DNA of 58,174 bases, filler included, from Sphacelaria rigidula (taxonomy: Eukaryota), in the NCBI GenBank assembly GCA_964200075.2. It is 9 parts of 9 records of this genome, joined end to end, with 100 filler letters (N's around TTAATTAATTAA, not from the genome) between each part and the next. Parts side by side here need not be neighbours in the genome. Positions count along the whole stretch, not along the records: positions 6,477 to 12,851 come from CAXNAA020020452.1; positions 12,952 to 19,326 come from CAXNAA020020453.1; positions 19,427 to 25,801 come from CAXNAA020020454.1; 6 more parts are not named here. One strand, given 5' to 3'. Of the stretch, positions 11,279-23,606 are shown one piece after another. A program made the position numbers and the translations under genes. The notes below the pieces were generated by a model that saw nothing but the letters and a program-made list of their open reading frames with translations, was not told the DNA's origin and ran no database searches. Every line of letters starts with the position of its first letter. Positions within the stretch are counted from its first letter, which is position 1.

Positions 11279-12851
11279 CTTTTGGTCGTTTGTTTGAAAA
11301 GAGAAGAGGGAAGGGGCGCGGGGGGAGGGAGGGGGGAGGGAGGGGGGAGGGGGGGGGAACGTATGCGAACACGAAGCATACTGATATTTCGTGGAGGTGG
11401 GATAGGGCGTTTGTGGTAGTTGCGGACCGGAGGAAACCACGGTGCAAACGGTTGATTGATTGATTGTCGCACTTTAACTGACCCCCGTGGTCTCATGATG
11501 GACGTACTCAAGAAAAACAAAACTGACACGCTCTGAGGGAAAGGAGGAACCGGAAAAAAAAAAAAAGTTGAGCAGGACGACACAGCAGACTAAGTCGTAA
11601 CAAAAAACAAGTAATAGACAGTCAACAAAGCAAAGCACAGAAAGAAATGGCCGACCTAAAACCACAACAACAAAAAGAAAACGAAGAGGAAAGGAAAGAG
11701 CGAATAAAATAAAATACAAAAACGGTACACAAGTTATTCGATCAGGGAGGCAGTCACTCGGCCCTTGTTGATAAAAAAAACTTCCTTCATAGACAGTACT
11801 CGCAGATATCTAGTTGGAGAGCATCCTAACGAACGGCATAGAGAAGGAAAGCCCTGCTACCACAGCAGTGATGAAAATGACGGAATACTCAACATCAAAG
11901 CTTGATTTCCTCTATTTAGGCAAGATTCCGCACTACAAGAAGATATCACCCTCTTGACCCACACTGCGATGAGATATCATGTTCTTGACCAACGACGAAG
12001 CTTCCAGCAAGCGGCTTGGTCTACCTGATATCTTGGTGTGATATATCTCATTATTTGGGAGTACGGTAAGGTGGTTCGTTCGTCTGACGGGAAAACAAGC
12101 AGCTTCGTGGTTTCCTTCCGCCGTCATGGTCTCATGACCATGGCATGTACGATCATGAGTAACCCCCATTGTGGTCACACATCAGGGGGGGTAATGAGTA
12201 AAATGATGGATAGCCACAGCACCGGTGTCGAATCCAGATCTCCGGTCGAAAAGGGCTCGTGTAAGATACATATCATCGTATTATGCTTTTTTCTCTCGTA
12301 CGAGTGATATTTTTTTTAACTTCACCCCTTCCTCGGAGTTGATCCATAGCCTGACAATATCAACATATTTTTTCCCGTGGTACGTATATGCCTGATACTA
12401 TGGGTAACACTTACTGGCTCACCGCTCCCGCACACCTTCGACTATTCTCAACTTCGATCGTTGAACGGATATACACAAGGACACACTAATATATATATAT
12501 ATATGTATATATTCTCTCTCTATACATATATATGAATGCATCGTCAAATCTTTGTCTCCAATTGAGAGCTGGTGGGGATGTTTCACTAGCTGTACCAAAC
12601 GAACGTCAATGTACACAGAAAAGCCACAAAACTCGCACATCACTTTTAAAATGAAAAGAAGAAAAGAGAGCATGTCTGCATCAACATTAATTCATCACCA
12701 TGAAATACTAGGTGGCAGTATGAAAATGAAATTCAATGTCCAAATGTTTCACACCCTGGAGAACAGACAACAAAAGTGAAGAAAAAAGAAGAGTCATCCT
12801 ACGATAGCGGGGGGGGTATTTTGGGCCATTTGTTGCTCGAAATTTCGAGTC

Positions 12852-12951
12852 NNNNNNNNNNNNNNNNNNNNNNNNNNNNNNNNNNNNNNNNNNNNTTAAT
12901 TAATTAANNNNNNNNNNNNNNNNNNNNNNNNNNNNNNNNNNNNNNNNNNNN
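12852..12951. other. Artificial contig spacer
   Basis: N44-TTAATTAATTAA-N44. Confidence 0.99.
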
Positions 12952-13072
12952 GGGCTGCGGGTCCGGTGTGGTAAGGGCTCTTGCATGCACTGTCCTGATT
13001 CCCCCCCCCCCCCGCCCTCCCCCCGCTCCTGCCCGCACTCCCTGATTGTGCATGGCGTATTGTATCAACCAG

Positions 13073-13291
13073 GTGCGAAGCAACGAACGGGTGGACGAAA
13101 CAACTGCTCACTGGTATTGGCGGGGGGATAGTCTCTCGGGAGACGACACGACGCCGATCTTCCCCATGAGTGCCGAGATCAGTGCCCACTTGGATGCGGC
13201 ATACCTCATGTTCCTGTCCAATGGCTTGCCGTTCGGTTCGTACAACGTCAACGGCGTGCCGTACCAGGTGGACTTCACGCTCATGCTTCAG
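13073..13291 (+). CDS. Exon encoding a WWE domain
   Basis: CCAG acceptor, CAG|GTGAAT donor, 73 codons; HWYWRGD...SAEISAHLDAAY...NGVPYQVDFTLMLQ matches the WWE pattern (W.W, LE.AY, Y.IDF..M.Q). Confidence 0.75.
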
Positions 13292-14476
13292 GTGAATAAT
13301 GCAGAATGACAGAAGTACATGAATGTTTGACGGGGATTACGGAGTACTATGTTCGAAGACAGTAGCGGAAACGAAAACGAAAACCACAGCAAGAGCGACG
13401 ACGATGACGGCGAAAAAATGTCGAAGACCCGAACCGGGGCATGCCACGAATTTTCCGTCCGACGACGTTTTTCGGACGACGGCTCACGCTGAAAATAAAG
13501 TTGTTTTGGGTGGAATTTTTTTTCCGTCCACACAAAGGCCTCCCTCGACTTTGTCCTCCTCGACAGCGAGTTCTGTCGCGCGCGATAGCAATGGTCCGAA
13601 TAGCCCGGGCTGCCTGAAGACCCCGTATGGTTTTTACTGGTGTGCCGGATGTGTGTCTTCCTGTGCTACTGACTTGTCGGGGTCTTGTGTGCTGTACTGG
13701 TACTACTCCGCAGTGTGCCGCACCATATGAGTACATGTCCTGTACTGTTGTGCTATGGTACCATACTGTAATGCATTTGCTGTATGTACGCCGTGCTCAT
13801 AGTACAAGCCGTACTGCACACCATTGGCGGATCCTAAAGGCAGTGATATGCAGCGTCCTATGCGATGGACATCCTACCACCAGCTGGGGGGGTGTACTCA
13901 TGATCATGCCAGCTGGGGGGGGGGGTTTCTGCATGTAGCACTCTACTATGCTGGGCACACGTGCAGCAAAACAGAGCGAGTTCTGCCCGTTTCAGATATT
14001 TTATGCTAGAATATATATCATGTTCTAGATCCGCATGAATGTGGTGGGTGTTTTGCCAAACGTGTAATTTTGGAAAATTGTTCTGAATTGACGGAGTACC
14101 TGACGAACACTATAGGAAAAAGTTTTTTCTCGTCTACTGTGTTTTGTAGCACAACACCTGCCAATACGCTTGAGGGACCCACTTTCGACAATTGTACTGG
14201 TATAGTAGAATAAATATGAAAACTTGCACAAGTTTGAGAAAAGTCCTTCTGAACTCGCAGACAGCTGACAACGTTTCGAACTCTACATCCGTTCGAATTC
14301 CGTTCTATTCGACCCCTGGAAAATCAACAGGAGCGCCCTGTGTCCTGGTCATGGGTTCGCGCGACTGTTGAAAGCCAGCTTTTGGAATATATATTTTCGT
14401 GCCGAACCTGATGTGTACATGCTCAGGAAGAAGAGATATTTGCCGAATCGAAATCTCCACACGCACATATGACCCG

Positions 14477-14850
14477 GTCGCCCCGGTGGCTCAGTTGGTA
14501 GCCTCGAATCCTTCTGATGGTTGAGTTGTGGGTTCGAATCTCGGTGCAGTCACACGATGTGGGATTTTTTCTCGCGTCGTGTCCATCAGGGGAGAACGAC
14601 TATGTCGTGAGTACACGGCATTCGACTTCACGGTCGACGAGAGAAAGGAACCGCTGAGCCCTTCTCGCGATAAAAGAAAGGCAAACACCGCAAAAAGAAG
14701 GTATAGGACTAAAACGAGAAAAAATGAAAGGAAACGCCTGTGTTCACCTTCCTCCCGAGTGACCCCGGCGGATGCGCCCACGTGTACGGAAAGCTGCAGA
14801 CTGGCGTCCAGAATAGACAGGATGACTACACGCTCATAACACCCACACGT
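14477..14850 (+). mobile_element. tRNA-derived SINE, family B, full length
   Basis: A box TGGCTCAGTTGG, B box GGTTCGAATC, body homologous to 2355-2716, CA-rich tail. Confidence 0.85.
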
Positions 14851-14881
14851 ATGTCGCCCTGTATGCATATGTATGTGTATA

Positions 14882-15505
14882 CTTCCTTCGTCTCATGAGT
14901 TAGGATACCTATGGGCAAGACGCTGTCTGGGTATAACCGTGTGTTAGTGAGGATAGTATAGTTGGGTTTGTTAGAGAGATGAAACAAAGACAAAGCTAGA
15001 GGAAAAAAAAAACGGGGTTCTATTCCTTCACCTAAAATGGGTTCAAATATACCCAATTTTGGCCCATTTTGGCCTATTTTGGGAATATTTTCGATAATGT
15101 TTTTTGAGAACGCTTTTTTGAGAATTCTAAAAAAATTCCCCAAGACATCCACATTTAGTACCCTACCTGCCCACTACACCATTCTAATGATGGACTCGCC
15201 CCCCAGCACACCCCGACCTCGCAAACGGGGCGCCGAGATATCGGTTGATGGCCGCTACGCAATGGCGGTATAGATTGCGAATATCGTGCAGCCAGAGTTA
15301 TGCCGTGGGAAAGGCGTGAGATACGGCCATTTTTGGGCCGACTTTTTCGGTCGTTCCGCCGCATGGTTCAAGCACTGGCTGAAAAAAAGCATGCTTTTTA
15401 TTTGAAAAACACCGAAGATTTCAACATAAAAATATCGAAAAACAGATCAGACACGGTTAAGGGCCCGTACAATTTTAGGTACCCTAACCTATGAGACAGA
15501 GGAAG
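14882..15505. mobile_element. Stowaway-like (Tc1/mariner) non-autonomous element
   Basis: TIRs CTTCCTTCGTCTCATGAGTTAGGATACCTA / TAGGTACCCTAACCTATGAGACAGAGGAAG, TA on both sides; ends resemble CTCCCTCCGT. Confidence 0.75.
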
Positions 15506-15742
15506 TATACACACACACACCTTTCGTTTCTCTGTCATTCGTGTGTACGTATATATATATATATATATTATATTCGAGAAACACACCCCTGATACGTCGC
15601 ACCAATTGGCGTTGTTGTCTGAAACTGCAGTAGTTTGTTGGCGCTCAATTTGCAAGTTAGAGTGGTGGTGACGTGCGACCGGTTATCCCGAGGAGTTAGG
15701 GTCATCTATTATTTGGTTTTACGTGAACATAGTGCGGAAAAA

Positions 15743-15868
<126 letters not shown>

Positions 15869-15936
15869 TATATGTATCTTGGATCTCCTGGCTCGTATCG
15901 TGTCTACGTGTGCATATCTTACATGTTGCAAGTTTC

Positions 15937-16160
15937 GCCGCCCCCCCGGTGGTGTATATTGAAATGGTTCGACTGTCGCTATTAGGGTGAAGAGAGCGTG
16001 GGTTCGATTCCCGATGCGTCGTTTTTTTTCTTCGAAGTATCTCTTCAACACCGTCGAAAGCGTGAGTACGTGAGGAGACAAGCAATAGTTGACTGAGTTT
16101 GTTTGACGAGACTTGACGCGGTGCGGGAGTGTTGACTGACATAGCGAGAACAAATTCCGA
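15937..16160 (+). mobile_element. SINE family A, 3'-truncated copy
   Basis: GCCGCCCCCCCGGTGGTGTA..GACTGTCGC..GGGTTCGATTCCCGATGCG matches the head of 85-490. Confidence 0.75.
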
Positions 16161-18074
16161 GGTGTGCATCATACTTCGTACGTACGTAGGGCATCAAGAG
16201 GTGGTGGCGCGATAGACCGGAACAACCGGTCCCGGCCTCATAAGTACGATCCCCCCCGCTGCCAGGCAAGCTTTTCGTGAACCGCTGCGCCAATCTAGTC
16301 ACGATTACAGCGGTTCCGAAAGCCTTGACCTTCGCGACGATGGTGATTTTGTTCCTTGGTCCGACTCTGCCCCCACCCTTTTAATCCCGCTAAAGAGAGG
16401 CATTCCTTGCTGCAAGTCAAGGCCGAACCGACAGCTGCCAACAAAAATTGTTTTCCCCTCACCAACTGAGCTAGCCGATCGTTCTCCTACAAACCCCCGT
16501 CCCTGACACCAAACGCGTACGTTTTGCTTCACCCGTCCCACCTCCTCGATCCGTGCTTTCTGCACGCGGCACAACCTGAGCCCGTCGTGCCTACCTTCAA
16601 CTGGACTTTCGAAATGTAGGCAAGGACAAACCTGATCTGCCGTTCCCTTTTTAGGCGGACGTCAGTGTTTGGTGTAGCCGATTACGGGAATCTCTCGCAG
16701 CTAAACTGATCGATATCCTACAAATTTGCCGTGAGGGCTTTGTCGGTATGAAATCCAGTGAGAGGAGAGAAGGGTCGGCTCTATCCCTCTCCCTGGGAGG
16801 GGCTCTTGAGGATGCTATCGCCCTCGAGTCTCCCCACTCCGCTGCAATCGATGATCGCCATGTGGCGACGATTATCTTTCACAGGCTGCACGTGCGATAT
16901 CGATTGGATCTTCCGGAAGCGAAGCTGTCGCTCTCCTCCCCCTCCGCTTGCTTCGCTCAGTTCTCGACAGCAGTTACGACAGTTAATCGATCGCACGAGT
17001 GATTGTTCACGTACACGGTGCTCATAAACACCCAATTCGTTCAGTATCTGACGAAGGGTTTCGTGCTTTTGCTTGCGGTAACGGTTGGTGAGCGTGGGTT
17101 GGGCTCGACTCTTGAAGTAGTCATGAGTCACTTTCGTTCCAGCTTGGGACGCCAGTACCCTAGCTCGATGCAAGGTGCAGTTGTGGGCGAAGCGTCTACT
17201 GCGTCGGTTCCGTGTTCCGACACAGGTGCTATGTGGAGTAAGCTAGGCCGGCTGCAGGCTAACCGCATGCCGGCAACTGATTGGGATGCTCGAGGCACCT
17301 TGCAGGGCATGACGGTCCTCCCACCGGCAGTGTTCGGCCCACCGTTGCATTTGCTGATCAAGAGCCTATGACGTTTTACGACTTTTCAGTGCCATGCGCG
17401 CATGTGTCCCGGAAAAAATCCAGTCACTCCTCGTGGGACATATGCACATGTACCCCGATTCCATCACCACCTCTGAGGGGGTCATGCTTACCGCGACAGT
17501 ACAGGCTCTTGACGACAGAGAAGAGAAGGCTTGAAAAGCCTGTTGTGCAGGTTTTATTCTTTCATACCATAAAAGTTGGCTGCTGTTGCTGGAGAGAGGG
17601 TTGGATAAATAGTGAGAGACAGAGGCCCACCACAGGCAGAGATTCTAGACCCGTAGTTTCCATGTCATAGCTCAGAACATGTCTCGTCGCGACCAACCAT
17701 ATGGATTCCCCCGGCCTCGATGAACTATGCTGGCTACAAACCCCAATGGGTCACTCTCAACCACAAACGCCGACAAGGATAATAACTATAGTCACGGCAT
17801 CGTACGTTGAATTAGTAGGATCTTCAACCCCAATAACGGCCAAATGCTGAGGACCAGATTGTCATCTGCCCAGTAGAAGCCGTTGAACAATTTCATCAAT
17901 CATATGCATATGTAAGTCTTTGCGTTCTGCAAGATCCGGATCCTATATGCAACCGCTCGGCAACAGGCTCACATCCCTTTTGTGAAAGCTACGATATCTC
18001 TTGTGTGGACAACGTCCAATGATTGTATAATTTATTCTGGCGCCACAATCCTATCACATTTATCCACCCCTGGC

Positions 18075-18536
18075 ATGGAGCAGCTGCAGTTTCTTTTCAG
18101 GAAGAACGAAGGTGCTTCGTTCCACATCCACTCCCGCACCACAAAAGAAAAAGAGACACTAAACGTTCGAACATCCAAACAAGACCTCTGGTTCGAAGAA
18201 AAGGGTGTTGAGTACACCGAACGCGTTTGTGAATGGTCCCTCACAGTTGCCGATGGGATGGTAAGCGATGCAACCATCCGCGGAATACCCCGTCCGTTCT
18301 TCGAGCTGGATGGCACAGTTGAGACATCGGTCTTTACGCTTACGAAGCAGATCATTGCGAACATTGAGATCGACGCCACGTGCCCGAAGAGGCGAGTTGT
18401 TGTTGTTCACGGGCGTTGGCGTCAGGTTCACGCGCGTGTTTACGAGAACATCCGACGAACCCTCGAACCCGAAAAAGACACACGCACAGCTAGCGCCTTG
18501 CAGCGAGCTAGGCGCATTCACGAAGCCGCTGCGTGA
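18075..18536 (+). CDS. Intronless orphan ORF (153 aa), function unknown; 3' part may be frameshifted
   Basis: ATG at 18075, globular beta-rich-looking composition, no low complexity; no recognisable motif. Confidence 0.35.
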   Translation: MEQLQFLFRKNEGASFHIHSRTTKEKETLNVRTSKQDLWFEEKGVEYTERVCEWSLTVADGMVSDATIRGIPRPFFELDGTVETSVFTLTKQIIANIEIDATCPKRRVVVVHGRWRQVHARVYENIRRTLEPEKDTRTASALQRARRIHEAAA

Positions 18537-18879
18537 CAGCCCACATACACCCATCTACTTCACACTTCGAGCTCGAGAACTAAATGAGGGAATTGCGGTT
18601 GGTCATTGATGGAGAACCAAATGAAGGAACTCCGGTTGGTCATCAAATCAAGGACCAACCGGAGGTTCTCTCTTTTGGTTCTCCATCAATGACCGACCAA
18701 AGCTCATTCATTTGCCGAGCTCGAAGCGTGAAGTAGACGGGTGCATGTGGACGGATGCGAAGCGGCGTGGTGACTACGCCCAGCTCGCTGCGAAGCGATA
18801 GCTGTGCGCGTAAGTCTATTTAGGGTTGGAGGGTGTGTCGGTTTGTCCTCTCCCAAATAAGCGCGCGTGAATCTGACGC
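18419..18879. repeat. Long imperfect inverted repeat (~225-bp arms, 11-nt loop)
   Basis: 18419-18641 pairs with 18653-18879; for example GGTCATTGATGGAGAACCAAA / TTTGGTTCTCCATCAATGACC is perfect. Confidence 0.9.
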
Positions 18880-19078
18880 TGTTCGTTTACGTGGTGTATC
18901 AGTTCGATAGACTGATGCTGCGATCTACCCCTCCCACACCAGCCCCGAAACTGCCGCGAAGAAGACGACCGCATGGCGCATGATGGCTGGTTTCAGGATG
19001 CATGAAGCGTGACATGGGCACCGTGGGAGTTCTCGGCTGCTCGGTGTGCCAGACTTTTGTCATTTTGAACATATATAC

Positions 19079-19326
19079 CAAGGGTCGGACAAATAATGAT
19101 TCGTCTGGAAATTACTTGTTTTTAGCATAATTGATTTCACTCGTACGAATCAACCCTCAGGGTCAGTTTTCAGCGTTGCAACCCAGGTACACGCAGCCCG
19201 GACACGTGGAATGGCGCAAAAGTTGCGTGGATACCCCCAACCCTCAGGCTTAGTTTTCAGCGTTACAACCCAGGTACAAGTAGCCCGGACACGTGGAATG
19301 GCGCAAAAGTTGCGTGGATACCCCTT
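19079..19326 (+). mobile_element. hAT-like MITE, truncated by contig end, with ~87-bp internal tandem duplication
   Basis: Starts CAAGGGTCGGACAAATAATGATTC like 45777; the CAACCCTCAGG...GCGTGGATACCCC segment occurs twice. Confidence 0.75.
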
Positions 19327-19426
19327 NNNNNNNNNNNNNNNNNNNNNNNNNNNNNNNNNNNNNNNNNNNNTTAATTAATTAANNNNNNNNNNNNNNNNNN
19401 NNNNNNNNNNNNNNNNNNNNNNNNNN
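19327..19426. other. Artificial contig spacer
   Basis: N44-TTAATTAATTAA-N44. Confidence 0.99.
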
Positions 19427-20078
19427 GGTGAGAAGTAGCTCCCCCGAGTTCAACGGGGAGAGAAAAGAAAGAAAGAAAAACAAACAAAACAGTACCCACA
19501 ATAAAAACAAAAGTGTGGAATTAATCAACGTCCGGGACTTGAGTTGTACGATATACTGCACTCTCTCCGCATGAACCGACGACCATCCGATCGAACTCCT
19601 GGGAGCAAAATCATGATAGCGGTACGATTGACCTGTCTGTCCCTCTCGAAGATGTTGCATCACAAGCGTCTTTCTTCCGCCTGTGTGCCACACACCACAA
19701 ACGTTCACGAGTCGTTTCAAGCCCTTACTTCAGAGTCGCGTTATAAGGCACGATGCTGAAGAAACGAACTTCCGGCTAGCATGTGAAGAAGCAGTACTGC
19801 TTCGTGGCAGCTGATCTGCGCCTGCTATCCCTTGTTCGCCTGGTTAGTAGTTTTAACGCGCGTTTGACGCTGCAGTCAAACGAGCGACATGGGTGTGACG
19901 AGAGCGGAAGACACCCGTAGTTTTTGATGGCGCGATTGTCGGGAGGATGTGCATGTATCAGCGACAAAGAATGATTCCGAAATCAACCTCTTCAACAAGT
20001 CCGGGTTTTATTCCTTTCGGCCCAACCATAGCTCTCTTGTTTATGGATATGTGTACCTGCCCCTCCTGCGTGTCACAG

Positions 20079-20177
20079 ACGGATCTACCACCATTTGTGA
20101 AGATTCAGAATGTTCCGGAGGAAGAAACAGTGACAGCAGAAACCTTCACAAGGTCCACCGAGTGGTTCAACTCCAAG
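20079..20177 (+). CDS. Alpha/beta hydrolase, exon a (…FTRSTEWFNSK)
   Basis: CACAG acceptor, AAG|GTGTGT donor, 33 codons; joins in frame to GVRCHAWLYLP. Confidence 0.65.
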
Positions 20178-20657
20178 GTGTGTCGCAGGGTCTGTTATCG
20201 GGGTTTAGCCTCAGATTGAGGACCTAGAATCATAGACTGAGGCCCACAAGTGTGTTGAAATTCGAGGCCTCCTTATGATCGGGTGATCAGGTAAGGGCTT
20301 AGGGGATTACATGGTTGGGGGCTGCAAGCTTGGGAGTACTGCTGGGGTATGCGTTTTTTTTTTTTTTTTCGTACATCCCGTTATTCTCGTTTGTCTCGCA
20401 GCTGACGACTCGAGGTTCCGTCCCTGTTAAAAAGCTTCATGTAGGGTTCATGCTATCACGCTGACGACATATATATATATATATATATATATCACAACAG
20501 AAGAGGACAGAACAAAAATTACCGTCGTAGGTGTATATAAACCACACACGTTGTACATCGATTTGTGCTTCTTCTGTGTCCATTCAGTCGGCACGAGGGA
20601 GCTTCCCCTCTTGCTGCTGGTGTTGTCGCCGCTGCTGCCCTGTTTCTTTCGGGAACA

Positions 20658-21045
20658 GCCGCGCCCCGGTGGTGTAATTAGTACAACTGAAACCTGACAC
20701 GAACGAAGATCTGGAGGTCGGAATTCGGCACATGTCCAGGTTTTTTCCTGACAAGTATCTGATTCCCCTCGTTCATAGTGTGAGGACGTGAGTAGCAACG
20801 AAAATGTATCTGGCGAGAGTCAACGCGGTGTGGGAGTACTGATCATGATCCACTCCGAGATACGAAGTGCAAGGTGTGTACCATGGGAGAGAGAAAGATG
20901 GCTTTATACCTTGCAGGTATGAAGATACGAACTCGCCCCGTGAAAAAGAAACGGTTATTAGGGTTAGTTATTACTATAATGAGGAAAAAAATGTCGGTGT
21001 TTTCCTTGGAATTAGTTCTGTCAATTACAGCGTGAGAAACCACAT
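20658..21045 (+). mobile_element. SINE related to family A (intronic)
   Basis: Head GCCGCGCCCCGGTGGTGTAA; body shares GACGTGAGTA..GAGTCAACGCGGTGTGGGAGTACTGA; B box degenerate. Confidence 0.6.
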
Positions 21046-21049
21046 AATG

Positions 21050-21850
21050 CGTTCTGTGTCGTGCATGAAATGCCGAAAATTCTACTTCTTTGCAGAAGTT
21101 GATAACGTCGAGTGTATCGTCAAGTGTTCGTGTTGTACGATGTGGCGATATCCTGCTTGTGCTTTCTGTTCGATGTTAGAGGCGCTTATCTTGAAATTCG
21201 TGCAAGAGTATATTTTGTAATATTGGCGGCAAACATGATACAGGCGTAAGTAAGCACGGGCCTGGTTTCGCGTCGAAGCGGCCGTAGGTACGACCGGTAC
21301 AGTTCCGACCCGTGAAGTCGGAACTGGATGTACGGTCGAACGGACATTTTCTGCTTGATTGTATGGGCGTCCGAGTGTGTGGTCATCATGTGAGCGGTCG
21401 TCGTTGTCACTGCCTACCTGCTCTACAGCACCTGCTTCGAGCCGATGTTATATTTGTGTTTTTGAGCAGCAATTTCTCCTTTTCTGTTCCGGTAGAATCC
21501 ACAAATTGGCCTCCTGACCCTGGGCGGTTCATGGATTTGTGTCATAAAGCGTACATCTTCTGTTTAATGCGGAGGTACAGTTTCAGGGAATGCTGTGCAT
21601 GGGGATCAGAAGTCCGTGCCACAATATATACTGCTGACGAACCTGTGGTCGGTTGACGTTATTAGTCTGTTGTCCGTGTAGATGCCTTCCTTCCCGATTT
21701 TACGACTTGAAATGATATTCAACTCCAGCTTACAACACGAGGGAGCCTTGCATTAATGTATGGTATGCGGTTCCACGAGATACTTGATATCTAGAGGATA
21801 TCAACAAACCGCCCACCGAATACGCAATTGATTTTTAATCCGAGCACATG
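21050..21850 (-). mobile_element. Degenerate LINE reverse-transcriptase remnant
   Basis: ELYRSYLRP...RPVLTYAC resembles the post-RT LY....RPVL.YA motif of non-LTR elements; many stops; boundaries approximate. Confidence 0.4.
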
Positions 21851-22057
21851 GCTGCAGTGTTTTGATCTGGATGCACAAGGGAAGTGCTCTCTTGAACGGT
21901 GCTATATAGAATGAAACAATGCTTCGGCATGCTCATTTTTGCGGAATGCTTATTGGTATCCTCTCACAGATTTGTAAGCCTTGCTGCGCTGGCGCTATTT
22001 CATCGGCTATCTATCTAACACGTACGTGCCCGTCGAACCTGCCCATGTGCGCGCAAG

Positions 22058-22165
22058 GGCGTGAGATGCCACGCCTGGTTGTACCTGCCGATCCCTCCCT
22101 CAAGCGGCGTAAGCGTTCCACGTCCGCCGGTAGTCATCATGGCGCACGGCTTGGGAGGCCAAAAG
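22058..22165 (+). CDS. Alpha/beta hydrolase, exon b (GVRCHAWLYLP...PVVIMAHGLGGQK)
   Basis: AAG acceptor, AAG|GTGAGA donor, 36 codons; oxyanion-region HG motif. Confidence 0.85.
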
Positions 22166-23606
22166 GTGAGAACCAATTAGAATGTACGATACACTACTAG
22201 GCATGACACGTGCTCTCTGTCTAGGTGTCCGTCGCTAGATGTAGTAGGTCGTGCTCGCTAGTAGTATGGCCATACTCCATACTCGGGGCAGACTACAGTG
22301 ACGTGCCTGCTCGACGTCTTATGTTATGTTTTTTTTACAACCGTGGGAATGTTCGTCCAGTTCACAAAGTATATGTTCGTTTCGAACGCAAGGTCTTGGA
22401 CACACATCACGTGATGCGCAATCACATTGCCACGGGAGTATTTTCACCTCCAAACATCCTCGGCAGGGCAATCTAGTCTCCGTCCGATTCGGGTTGCGAG
22501 CCACGTGCTATGCCGCAAACATCGTCTGGAACGCAGATGACGTGGAAGAGGTCGGTTGAATCGATGAGACTAATAAGTCGTCCCCAAAGAGCAAGGGAGA
22601 AACGAGGGGAACGGATACTGGAGGGAGAGGGGGAAGGGGAGGGGGGGTTGAAAGTTTAACAGCGGCCAGCACACAAACGAAGCTTACGAGAGTCTACATG
22701 CTTTCTGTCCGCGAAGACTGGTACCTTTGGAAATATCTTGGCAATTTCGTTTCGATTGACGTACACGAACTCACACCCTCCGAGATGACTCAGAAACGGA
22801 GGAGTCAAGATGTAGCGTGTTGTTTTGCACAGCATGGGCACGCACTCCCTCTCTCCGACCCGCCCCCTCCCCAATCCTTTGTGCGTCTTCAAGGGGGGGA
22901 GGGGGAAGCGTACCCATTACTCCAAGGGGGGGGGGGGTCTCAATAATGTTCGGTGGAGGCACTCCTGTCGCTCTTGTTGCCGCTTTTTTGCAAGAATTTC
23001 GAATATTGCCTCATGTATTCAGTCGCTCCTTGCCATCGTGCTCTAGAAGCAGTGTGCTTCCGGGGCGTACTTCCATCTGCTTCGTATGTAGAAGAGCATG
23101 TCATTGACAGGACGTGCCGGGCGTGCAGGATAGACCAAAGGTTGGTTTGGTTTGCCTTTTAGTACAAGGAGCAACACGTATGCATGGACGAGTTGGACCA
23201 CAGCCACAGGCACGGCTGCTGCGGCAGATCGATCTCTCCAGTGACACAGTACTCCGCTGGAAGCCACAAGTGGCGCAGGCAAGAATTACATGCCACGCGT
23301 CTGTCCTTATTTGTTACCCTTTTTTCTTCATGCGTCGAGCCCCGTCTCCTTCTCGGGACAAATCCATGCTCTCGCTTTCAAGGGATGAACCTGTCTCTCC
23401 CAATGCATGTGGCCGGCACGTTACTGTCCAGGGTTGGATCAGCACCATCGACTTCCGTCGAATTTGTCATTTCTCATCGACCTATGTCCTCTCACGTTTG
23501 CTTGACAACCAAACACTGATACACTACACTAATGCACTACACTAGCGCGGCGATAAACGTGTTTAGCGAAGTGTTTTTTGTACGATTGCCTTGGAAAATG
23601 ACGCAG

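Noticed and set aside
14477..14555. tRNA gene
   Set aside because: A and B boxes are present but there is no convincing acceptor stem, and it continues into a multi-copy SINE body.
16160..17400. Possible transposon coding remnant
   Set aside because: Looks like decayed coding DNA, but no RT, integrase, recombinase or transposase motif could be identified.
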